Source of the DNA: Auanema rhodensis
Lineage: Eukaryota > Animalia > Nematoda
NCBI GenBank assembly: GCA_964057225.1
Contig: OZ059898.1
Location: 20,336,001 to 20,400,000, forward strand
DNA: 64,000 bases
Reading direction: 5' to 3'
The position numbers and the translations under genes were made by a program. Below are positions 1 to 11,432 of this stretch, piece by piece. Every line of letters begins with the position of its first letter. Positions within the stretch are counted from its first letter, which is position 1. Under the pieces are notes generated by a model, which saw only the letters and a program-made list of their open reading frames with translations, was not told the origin of the DNA and ran no database searches.

Positions 1-67
1 ACATACCAAGTGCACATCACGTGTACATTTAATTAGCATAAATTAAAGTTCACGTAAATTTCAAACT

Positions 68-80
68 CATGGTTACCATG
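68..80. other. 13-bp dyad CATGGT-T-ACCATG (contains BstEII site GGTNACC), present in essentially every monomer; first copy given
   Basis: Perfect inverted repeat around a single central T. It extends to 15 bp (TCATGGTTACCATGA) in A81 monomers. Confidence 0.9.
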
Positions 81-159
81 CACCAATATCAATAAAAATT
101 GGTTTTTGGACTAATATGGACATGGAGAATCTATTTTTAAAAACCGCATCTCTTTATCT

Positions 160-169
160 TTCACGTGAA
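160..169. other. 10-bp perfect palindrome TTCACGTGAA (E-box/G-box core CACGTG), in most monomers; first copy given
   Basis: Read directly from the sequence. A second CACGTG lies at monomer positions 18-23 and a degenerate TCACGTA at 50-56. No function is demonstrated. Confidence 0.85.
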
Positions 170-1407
170 GCGAGTTACATACCAAGTGCACATCACGTGT
201 ACATTTAATTAGCATAAATTAAAGTTCACGTAAATTTCAAACTCATGGTTACCATGCACCAATATCAATAAAAATTTGTTTTTAGACTAATATGGACATG
301 GGGAATCTAATTTTGAAAACCGCATCTCTTATCTTCCACGTGAAGCGAGTTACATACCAAGTGCACATCACGTGTACATTTAATTAGCATAAATTAAAGT
401 TCACGTAATTTTCAAAGTCATGGTTACCATGAACCAATATCAATGAATATTTGTTTTTAGACTAATATGGACATGGGGAATCTAATTTTGAAAAACGCAT
501 CTCTTTATCTTTCAAGTGAAGCGAGTTACATACCAAGTGCACATCACGTGTACATTTAATTAGCATAAATTAAAGTTCACGTAATTTTCAAAGTCATGGT
601 TACCATGAACCAATATCAATAAAAATTTGTTTTTAGACTAATATGGACATGGGGAATCTAATTTTGAAAAACGCATCTCTTTATCTTTCAAGTGAAGCGA
701 GTTACATACCAAGTGCACATCACGTGTACATTTAATTAGCATAAATTAAAGTTCACGTAAATTTCAAAGTCATGGTTACCATGCACCAATATCAATAAAA
801 TTTTGTTTTTAGACTAATATGGTCATGGGGAATCTAATTTTGAAAACCGCATCTCTTTATCTTTCACGTGAAGCGAGTTACATACCAAGTGCACATCACG
901 TGTACATTTAATTAGCATAAATTAAAGTTCACGTAAATTTCAAACTCATGGTTACCATGCACCAATATCAATAAAAATTTGTTTTTAGACTAATATGGAC
1001 ATGGAGAATCCATTTTTAAAAACCGCATCTCTTTATCTTCCACGTGAAGCGAGTTACATACCAAGTGCACATCACGTGTACATTTAATTAGCATAAATTA
1101 AAGTTCACGTAAATTTCAAACTCATGGTTACCATGCACCAATATCAATAAAAATTTGTTTTCAAACTAATATGGACATGGGGATTCTAATTTTGAAAACC
1201 GCATCTCTTTATCTTTCACGTGAAGCGAGTTACATACCAAGTGCACATCACGTGTACATTTAATTAGCATAAATTAAAGTTCACGTAAAATTCAAAGTCA
1301 TGGTTACCATGCACCAATATCAATAAAATTTTGTTTTTAGACTAATATGGACATGGGGAATCTAATTTTGAAAACCGCATCTCTTTATCTTTCACGTGAA
1401 GCGAGTT

Positions 1408-4400
1408 ACATACCAAGTGCACATCACGTGTACATTTAATTAGCATAAATTAAAGTTCACGTAAATTTCAAACTCATGGTTACCATGCACCAATATCAAT
1501 AAAAATTTGTTTTTAGACTAATATGGACATGGAGAATCTAATTTTAAAAACCGCATCTCTTTATCTTTCACGTGAAGCGAGTTACATACCAAGTGCACAT
1601 CACGTGTACATTTAATTAGCATAAATTAAAGTTCACGTAAATTTCAAACTCATGGTTACCATGCACCAATATCAATAAAAATTTGTTTTTAGACTAATAT
1701 GGACATGGAGAATCTATTTTTAAAAACCGCATCTCTTTATCTTTCACGTGAAGCGAGTTACATACCAAGTGCACATCACGTGTACATTTAATTAGCATAA
1801 ATTAAAGTTCACGTAAATTTCAAACTCATGGTTACCATGCACCAATATCAATAAAAATTTGTTTTTAGACTAATATGGACATGGGGAATCTAATTTTGAA
1901 AACCGCATCTCTTATCTTCCACGTGAAGCGAGTTACATACCAAGTGCACATCACGTGTACATTTAATTAGCATAAATTAAAGTTCACGTAATTTTCAAAG
2001 TCATGGTTACCATGAACCAATATCAATGAATATTTGTTTTTAGACTAATATGGACATGGGGAATCTAATTTTGAAAACCGCATCTCTTTATTTTTCACGT
2101 GAAGCGAGTTACATACCAAGTGCACATCACGTGTACATTTAATTAGCATAAATTAAAGTTCACGTAAATTTCAAAGTCATGGTTACCATGCACCAATATC
2201 AATAAAAATTTGTTTTTAGACTAATATGGACATGGAGAATCCATTTTTAAAAACCGCATCTCTTTATCTTCCACGTGAAGCGAGTTACATACCAAGTGCA
2301 CATCACGTGTACATTTAATTAGCATAAATTAAAGTTCACGTAAATTTCAAACTCATGGTTACCATGCACCAATATCAATAAAAATTTGTTTTCAAACTAA
2401 TATGGACATGGGGATTCTAATTTTGCAAACCGCATCTCTTTATCTTTCACGTGAAGCGAGTTACATACCAAGTGCACATCACGTGTACATTTAATTAGCA
2501 TAAATTAAAGTTCACGTAAATTTCAAACTCATGGTTACCATGCACCAATATCAATAAAAATTTGTTTTTAGACTAATATGGACATGGGGAATCTAATTTT
2601 GAAAACCGCATCTCTTTATCTTTCACGTGAAGCGAGTTACATACCAAGTGCACATCACGTGTACATTTAATTAGCATAAATTAAAGTTCACGTAAATTTC
2701 AAACTCATGGTTACCATGCACCAATATCAATAAAAATTTGTTTTTAGACTAATATGGACATGGAGAATCTAATTTTAAAAACCGCATCTCTTTATCTTTC
2801 ACGTGAAGCGAGTTACATACCAAGTGCACATCACGTGTACATTTAATTAGCATAAATTAAAGTTCACGTAAATTTCAAACTCATGGTTACCATGCACCAA
2901 TATCAATAAAAATTGGTTTTTGGACTAATATGGACATGGAGAATCTATTTTTAAAAACCGCATCTCTTTATCTTTCACGTGAAGCGAGTTACATACCAAG
3001 TGCACATCACGTGTACATTTAATTAGCATAAATTAAAGTTCACGTAAATTTCAAACTCATGGTTACCATGCACCAATATCAATAAAAATTTGTTTTTAGA
3101 CTAATATGGACATGGGGAATCTAATTTTGAAAACCGCATCTCTTATCTTCCACGTGAAGCGAGTTACATACCAAGTGCACATCACGTGTACATTTAATTA
3201 GCATAAATTAAAGTTCACGTAATTTTCAAAGTCATGGTTACCATGAACCAATATCAATGAATATTTGTTTTTAGACTAATATGGACATGGGGAATCTAAT
3301 TTTGAAAACCGCATCTCTTTATTTTTCACGTGAAGCGAGTTACATACCAAGTGGACATCACGTGTACATTTAATTAGCATAAATTAAAGTTCACGTAAAT
3401 TTCAAAGTCATGGTTACCATGCACCAATATCAATAAAAATTTGTTTTTAGACTAATATGGACATGGGGAATCTAATTTTGAAAACCGCATCTCTTTATCT
3501 TTCACGTGAAGCGAGTTACATACCAAGTGCACATCACGTGTACATTTAATTAGCATAAATTAAAGTTCACGTAAATTTCAAACTCATGGTTACCATGCAC
3601 CAATATCAATAAAAATTTGTTTTTAGACTAATATGGACATGGAGAATCTAATTTTAAAAACCGCATCTCTTTATCTTTCACGTGAAGCGAGTTACATACC
3701 AAGTGCACATCACGTGTACATTTAATTAGCATAAATTAAAGTTCACGTAATTTTCAAAGTCATGGTTACCATGAACCAATATCAATGAATATTTGTTTTT
3801 AGACTAATATGGACATGGGGAATCTAATTTTGAAAACCGCATCTCTTTATTTTTCACGTGAAGCGAGTTACATACCAAGTGCACATCACGTGTACATTTA
3901 ATTAGCATAAATTAAAGTTCACGTAAATTTCAAACTCATGGTTACCATGCACCAATATCAATAAAAATTTGTTTTTAGACTAATATGGACATGGAGAATC
4001 TAATTTTAAAAACCGCATCTCTTTATCTTTCACGTGAAGCGAGTTACATACCAAGTGCACATCACGTGTACATTTAATTAGCATAAATTAAAGTTCACGT
4101 AAATTTCAAACTCATGGTTACCATGCACCAATATCAATAAAAATTTGTTTTTAGACTAATATGGACATGGAGAATCCATTTTTAAAAACCGCATCTCTTT
4201 ATCTTCCACGTGAAGCGAGTTACATACCAAGTGCACATCACGTGTACATTTAATTAGCATAAATTAAAGTTCACGTAAATTTCAAACTCATGGTTACCAT
4301 GCACCAATATCAATAAAAATTTGTTTTCAAACTAATATGGACATGGGGATTCTAATTTTGAAAACCGCATCTCTTTATCTTTCACGTGAAGCGAGTTACA

Positions 4401-7035
4401 TACCAAGTGCACATCACGTGTACATTTAATTAGCATAAATTAAAGTTCACGTAAAATTCAAAGTCATGGTTACCATGCACCAATATCAATAAAATTTTGT
4501 TTTTAGACTAATATGGACATGGGGAATCTAATTTTGAAAACCGCATCTTTTTATCTTTCACGTGAAGCGAGTTACATACCAAGTGCACATCACGTGTACA
4601 TTTAATTAGCATAAATTAAAGTTCACGTAAATTTCAAAGTCATGGTTACCATGCACCAATATCAATAAAATTTTGTTTTTAGACTAATATGGACATGGGG
4701 AATCTAATTTTGAAAACCGCATCTCTTTATCTTTCACGTGAAGCGAGTTACATACCAAGTGCACATCACGTGTACATTTAATTAGCATAAATTAAAGTTC
4801 ACGTAAATTTCAAACTCATGGTTACCATGCACCAATATCAATAAAAATTTGTTTTTAGACTAATATGGACATGGAGAATCTAATTTTAAAAACCGCATCT
4901 CTTTATCTTTCACGTGAAGCGAGTTACATACCAAGTGCACATCACGTGTACATTTAATTAGCATAAATTAAAGTTCACGTAAATTTCAAACTCATGGTTA
5001 CCATGCACCAATATCAATAAAAATTTGTTTTTAGACTAATATGGACATGGAGAATCTATTTTTAAAAACCGCATCTCTTTATCTTTCACGTGAAGCGAGT
5101 TACATACCAAGTGCACATCACGTGTACATTTAATTAGCATAAATTAAAGTTCACGTAAATTTCAAACTCATGGTTACCATGCACCAATATCAATAAAAAT
5201 TTGTTTTTAGACTAATATGGACATGGGGAATCTAATTTTGAAAACCGCATCTCTTATCTTCCACGTGAAGCGAGTTACATACCAAGTGCACATCACGTGT
5301 ACATTTAATTAGCATAAATTAAAGTTCACGTAATTTTCAAAGTCATGGTTACCATGAACCAATATCAATGAATATTTGTTTTTAGACTAATATGGACATG
5401 GGGAATCTAATTTTGAAAACCGCATCTCTTTATTTTTCACGTGAAGCGAGTTACATACCAAGTGCACATCACGTGTACATTTAATTAGCATAAATTAAAG
5501 TTCACGTAAATTTCAAAGTCATGGTTACCATGCACCAATATCAATAAAAATTTGTTTTTAGACTAATATGGACATGGAGAATCCATTTTTAAAAACCGCA
5601 TCTCTTTATCTTCCACGTGAAGCGAGTTACATACCAAGTGCACATCACGTGTACATTTAATTAGCATAAATTAAAGTTCACGTAAATTTCAAACTCATGG
5701 TTACCATGCACCAATATCAATAAAAATTTGTTTTCAAACTAATATGGACATGGGGATTCTAATTTTGCAAACCGCATCTCTTTATCTTTCACGTGAAGCG
5801 AGTTACATACCAAGTGCACATCACGTGTACATTTAATTAGCATAAATTAAAGTTCACGTAAATTTCAAACTCATGGTTACCATGCACCAATATCAATAAA
5901 AATTTGTTTTTAGACTAATATGGACATGGGGAATCTAATTTTGAAAACCGCATCTCTTTATCTTTCACGTGAAGCGAGTTACATACCAAGTGCACATCAC
6001 GTGTACATTTAATTAGCATAAATTAAAGTTCACGTAAATTTCAAACTCATGGTTACCATGCACCAATATCAATAAAAATTTGTTTTTAGACTAATATGGA
6101 CATGGAGAATCTAATTTTAAAAACCGCATCTCTTTATCTTTCACGTGAAGCGAGTTACATACCAAGTGCACATCACGTGTACATTTAATTAGCATAAATT
6201 AAAGTTCACGTAAATTTCAAACTCATGGTTACCATGCACCAATATCAATAAAAATTGGTTTTTGGACTAATATGGACATGGAGAATCTATTTTTAAAAAC
6301 CGCATCTCTTTATCTTTCACGTGAAGCGAGTTACATACCAAGTGCACATCACGTGTACATTTAATTAGCATAAATTAAAGTTCACGTAAATTTCAAACTC
6401 ATGGTTACCATGCACCAATATCAATAAAAATTTGTTTTTAGACTAATATGGACATGGGGAATCTAATTTTGAAAACCGCATCTCTTATCTTCCACGTGAA
6501 GCGAGTTACATACCAAGTGCACATCACGTGTACATTTAATTAGCATAAATTAAAGTTCACGTAATTTTCAAAGTCATGGTTACCATGAACCAATATCAAT
6601 GAATATTTGTTTTTAGACTAATATGGACATGGGGAATCTAATTTTGAAAACCGCATCTCTTTATTTTTCACGTGAAGCGAGTTACATACCAAGTGGACAT
6701 CACGTGTACATTTAATTAGCATAAATTAAAGTTCACGTAAATTTCAAAGTCATGGTTACCATGCACCAATATCAATAAAAATTTGTTTTTAGACTAATAT
6801 GGACATGGGGAATCTAATTTTGAAAACCGCATCTCTTTATCTTTCACGTGAAGCGAGTTACATACCAAGTGCACATCACGTGTACATTTAATTAGCATAA
6901 ATTAAAGTTCACGTAAATTTCAAACTCATGGTTACCATGCACCAATATCAATAAAAATTTGTTTTTAGACTAATATGGACATGGAGAATCTAATTTTAAA
7001 AACCGCATCTCTTTATCTTTCACGTGAAGCGAGTT
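1408..7035. repeat. 13-monomer block duplicated at 3342-bp (19-monomer) offset: 1408-3693 and 4750-7035
   Basis: Same monomer-type order. Rare markers TTTTGCAAAC (2426/5768) and GTGGACATC (3354/6696) are both exactly 3342 bp apart, and the GGTTTTTGGA monomer starts at 2815 and 6157. Confidence 0.85.
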
Positions 7036-10000
7036 ACATACCAAGTGCACATCACGTGTACATTTAATTAGCATAAATTAAAGTTCACGTAAATTTCAAA
7101 GTCATGGTTACCATGCACCAATATCAATAAAATTTTGTTTTTAGACTAATATGGACATGGGGAATCTAATTTTGAAAACCGCATCTCTTTATCTTTCACG
7201 TGAAGCGAGTTACATACCAAGTGCACATCACGTGTACATTTAATTAGCATAAATTAAAGTTCACGTAAATTTCAAACTCATGGTTACCATGCACCAATAT
7301 CAATAAAAATTTGTTTTTAGACTAATATGGACATGGAGAATCTAATTTTGAAAACCGCATCTCTTTATCTTTCACGTGAAGCGAGTTACATACCAAGTGC
7401 ACATCACGTGTACATTTAATTAGCATAAATTAAAGTTCACGTAAATTTCAAACTCATGGTTACCATGCACCAATATCAATAAAAATTTGTTTTTAGACTA
7501 ATATGGACATGGAGAATCCATTTTTAAAAACCGCATCTCTTATCTTCCACGTGAAGCGAGTTACATACCAAGTGCACATCACGTGTACATTTAATTAGCA
7601 TAAATTAAAGTTCACGTAATTTTTAAAGTCATGGTTACCATGAACCAATATCAATGAATATTTGTTTTTAGACTAATATGGACATGGGGAATCTAATTTT
7701 GAAAACCGCATCTATTTATCTTTCACGCGAAGCGAGTTACATACCAAGTGCACATCACGTGTACATTTAATTAGCATAAAGTAAAGTTCACGTAAATTTC
7801 AAACTCATGGTTACCATGCACCAATATCAATAAAAATTTGTTTTTAGACTAATATGGACATGGGGAATCTAATTTTGAAAAACGCATCTCTTTATCTTTC
7901 AAGTGAAGCGAGTTACATACCAAGTGCACATCACGTGTACATTTAATTAGCATAAATTAAAGTTCACGTAAATTTCAAAGTCATGGTTACCATGCACCAA
8001 TATCAATAAAATTTTGTTTTTAGACTAATATGGTCATGGGGAATCTAATTTTGAAAACCGCATCTCTTTATCTTTCACGTGAAGCGAGTTACATACCAAG
8101 TGCACATCACGTGTACATTTAATTAGCATAAATTAAAGTTCACGTAAATTTCAAACTCATGGTTACCATGCACCAATATCAATAAAAATTTGTTTTTAGA
8201 CTAATATGGACATGGAGAATCCATTTTTAAAAACCGCATCTCTTTATCTTCCACGTGAAGCGAGTTACATACCAAGTGCACATCACGTGTACATTTAATT
8301 AGCATAAATTAAAGTTCACGTAAATTTCAAACTCATGGTTACCATGCACCAATATCAATAAAAATTTGTTTTCAAACTAATATGGACATGGGGATTCTAA
8401 TTTTGAAAACCGCATCTCTTTATCTTTCACGTGAAGCGAGTTACATACCAAGTGCACATCACGTGTACATTTAATTAGCATAAATTAAAGTTCACGTAAA
8501 ATTCAAAGTCATGGTTACCATGCACCAATATCAATAAAATTTTGTTTTTAGACTAATATGGACATGGGGAATCTAATTTTGAAAACCGCATCTTTTTATC
8601 TTTCACGTGAAGCGAGTTACATACCAAGTGCACATCACGTGTACATTTAATTAGCATAAATTAAAGTTCACGTAAATTTCAAAGTCATGGTTACCATGCA
8701 CCAATATCAATAAAATTTTGTTTTTAGACTAATATGGACATGGGGAATCTAATTTTGAAAACCGCATCTCTTTATCTTTCACGTGAAGCGAGTTACATAC
8801 CAAGTGCACATCACGTGTACATTTAATTAGCATAAATTAAAGTTCACGTAAATTTCAAACTCATGGTTACCATGCACCAATATCAATAAAAATTTGTTTT
8901 TAGACTAATATGGACATGGAGAATCTAATTTTAAAAACCGCATCTCTTTATCTTTCACGTGAAGCGAGTTACATACCAAGTGCACATCACGTGTACATTT
9001 AATTAGCATAAATTAAAGTTCACGTAAATTTCAAACTCATGGTTACCATGCACCAATATCAATAAAAATTTGTTTTTAGACTAATATGGACATGGAGAAT
9101 CTATTTTTAAAAACCGCATCTCTTTATCTTTCACGTGAAGCGAGTTACATACCAAGTGCACATCACGTGTACATTTAATTAGCATAAATTAAAGTTCACG
9201 TAAATTTCAAACTCATGGTTACCATGCACCAATATCAATAAAAATTTGTTTTTAGACTAATATGGACATGGGGAATCTAATTTTGAAAACCGCATCTCTT
9301 ATCTTCCACGTGAAGCGAGTTACATACCAAGTGCACATCACGTGTACATTTAATTAGCATAAATTAAAGTTCACGTAATTTTCAAAGTCATGGTTACCAT
9401 GAACCAATATCAATGAATATTTGTTTTTAGACTAATATGGACATGGGGAATCTAATTTTGAAAACCGCATCTCTTTATTTTTCACGTGAAGCGAGTTACA
9501 TACCAAGTGCACATCACGTGTACATTTAATTAGCATAAATTAAAGTTCACGTAAATTTCAAAGTCATGGTTACCATGCACCAATATCAATAAAAATTTGT
9601 TTTTAGACTAATATGGACATGGAGAATCCATTTTTAAAAACCGCATCTCTTTATCTTCCACGTGAAGCGAGTTACATACCAAGTGCACATCACGTGTACA
9701 TTTAATTAGCATAAATTAAAGTTCACGTAAATTTCAAACTCATGGTTACCATGCACCAATATCAATAAAAATTTGTTTTCAAACTAATATGGACATGGGG
9801 ATTCTAATTTTGCAAACCGCATCTCTTTATCTTTCACGTGAAGCGAGTTACATACCAAGTGCACATCACGTGTACATTTAATTAGCATAAATTAAAGTTC
9901 ACGTAAATTTCAAACTCATGGTTACCATGCACCAATATCAATAAAAATTTGTTTTTAGACTAATATGGACATGGGGAATCTAATTTTGAAAACCGCATCT

Positions 10001-11432
10001 CTTTATCTTTCACGTGAAGCGAGTTACATACCAAGTGCACATCACGTGTACATTTAATTAGCATAAATTAAAGTTCACGTAAATTTCAAACTCATGGTTA
10101 CCATGCACCAATATCAATAAAAATTTGTTTTTAGACTAATATGGACATGGAGAATCTAATTTTAAAAACCGCATCTCTTTATCTTTCACGTGAAGCGAGT
10201 TACATACCAAGTGCACATCACGTGTACATTTAATTAGCATAAATTAAAGTTCACGTAAATTTCAAACTCATGGTTACCATGCACCAATATCAATAAAAAT
10301 TTGTTTTTAGACTAATATGGACATGGAGAATCTATTTTTAAAAACCGCATCTCTTTATCTTTCACGTGAAGCGAGTTACATACCAAGTGCACATCACGTG
10401 TACATTTAATTAGCATAAATTAAAGTTCACGTAAATTTCAAACTCATGGTTACCATGCACCAATATCAATAAAAATTTGTTTTTAGACTAATATGGACAT
10501 GGGGAATCTAATTTTGAAAACCGCATCTCTTATCTTCCACGTGAAGCGAGTTACATACCAAGTGCACATCACGTGTACATTTAATTAGCATAAATTAAAG
10601 TTCACGTAATTTTCAAAGTCATGGTTACCATGAACCAATATCAATGAATATTTGTTTTTAGACTAATATGGACATGGGGAATCTAATTTTGAAAACCGCA
10701 TCTCTTTATTTTTCACGTGAAGCGAGTTACATACCAAGTGGACATCACGTGTACATTTAATTAGCATAAATTAAAGTTCACGTAAATTTCAAAGTCATGG
10801 TTACCATGCACCAATATCAATAAAAATTTGTTTTTAGACTAATATGGACATGGAGAATCCATTTTTAAAAACCGCATCTCTTTATCTTCCACGTGAAGCG
10901 AGTTACATACCAAGTGCACATCACGTGTACATTTAATTAGCATAAATTAAAGTTCACGTAAATTTCAAACTCATGGTTACCATGCACCAATATCAATAAA
11001 AATTTGTTTTCAAACTAATATGGACATGGGGATTCTAATTTTGAAAACCGCATCTCTTTATCTTTCACGTGAAGCGAGTTACATACCAAGTGCACATCAC
11101 GTGTACATTTAATTAGCATAAATTAAAGTTCACGTAAAATTCAAAGTCATGGTTACCATGCACCAATATCAATAAAATTTTGTTTTTAGACTAATATGGA
11201 CATGGGGAATCTAATTTTGAAAACCGCATCTTTTTATCTTTCACGTGAAGCGAGTTACATACCAAGTGCACATCACGTGTACATTTAATTAGCATAAATT
11301 AAAGTTCACGTAAATTTCAAACTCATGGTTACCATGCACCAATATCAATAAAAATTTGTTTTTAGACTAATATGGACATGGAGAATCTAATTTTGAAAAT
11401 CGCATCTCTTTATCTTTCACGTGAGGCGAGTT

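Larger units (their letters stand above)
1..11432. repeat. Satellite subfamily domain A (first copy), with an approximately 7-monomer underlying higher-order unit
   Basis: Contains 175-bp deletion monomers (TCTCTTATCTTCC) starting at 177, 1760, 2991, 5102, 6333, 7388, 9147 and 10378. Each is followed by a TAATTTT/GAACC/AATGAATAT monomer. CCATTTTTAA, TTTTCAAA+GGGGATT and TAAAATTC variants recur in a repeated order. Confidence 0.85.

Noticed and set aside
90-100. AATAAA polyadenylation signal and CCAAT box in each monomer
   Set aside because: These short motifs are expected by chance in 68% AT DNA, and there is no associated transcription unit.
16-125. Budding-yeast point-centromere layout (CDEI ATCACGTG, about 77-bp spacer, TGTTTTT start of CDEIII)
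   Set aside because: The spacer is far below the greater than 90% AT of CDEII, the essential CDEIII CCG core is absent at the required position, and point centromeres are not tandem arrays.
40-161. Phased A/T tracts implying intrinsic curvature or nucleosome positioning
   Set aside because: Tracts exist (40-47, 56-65, 94-107, 133-143, 153-161), but I cannot show a consistent 10-11 bp phase by eye. This needs a curvature or periodicity calculation.
1-176. Identity with known 176-bp satellites (Brassica CentBr HindIII family, honeybee AluI repeat) or primate alpha satellite
   Set aside because: Only the length is similar. The consensus has no AAGCTT or AGCT site (AGCT appears only as a variant at 17099 and 20267), and I recognise no sequence similarity. 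A database search is needed.
1-176. Tandem 5S rRNA, tRNA, snRNA or spliced-leader gene cluster
   Set aside because: No recognisable 5S, tRNA or snRNA sequence and no Pol III A/B/C boxes. An Rfam scan would be the formal test.
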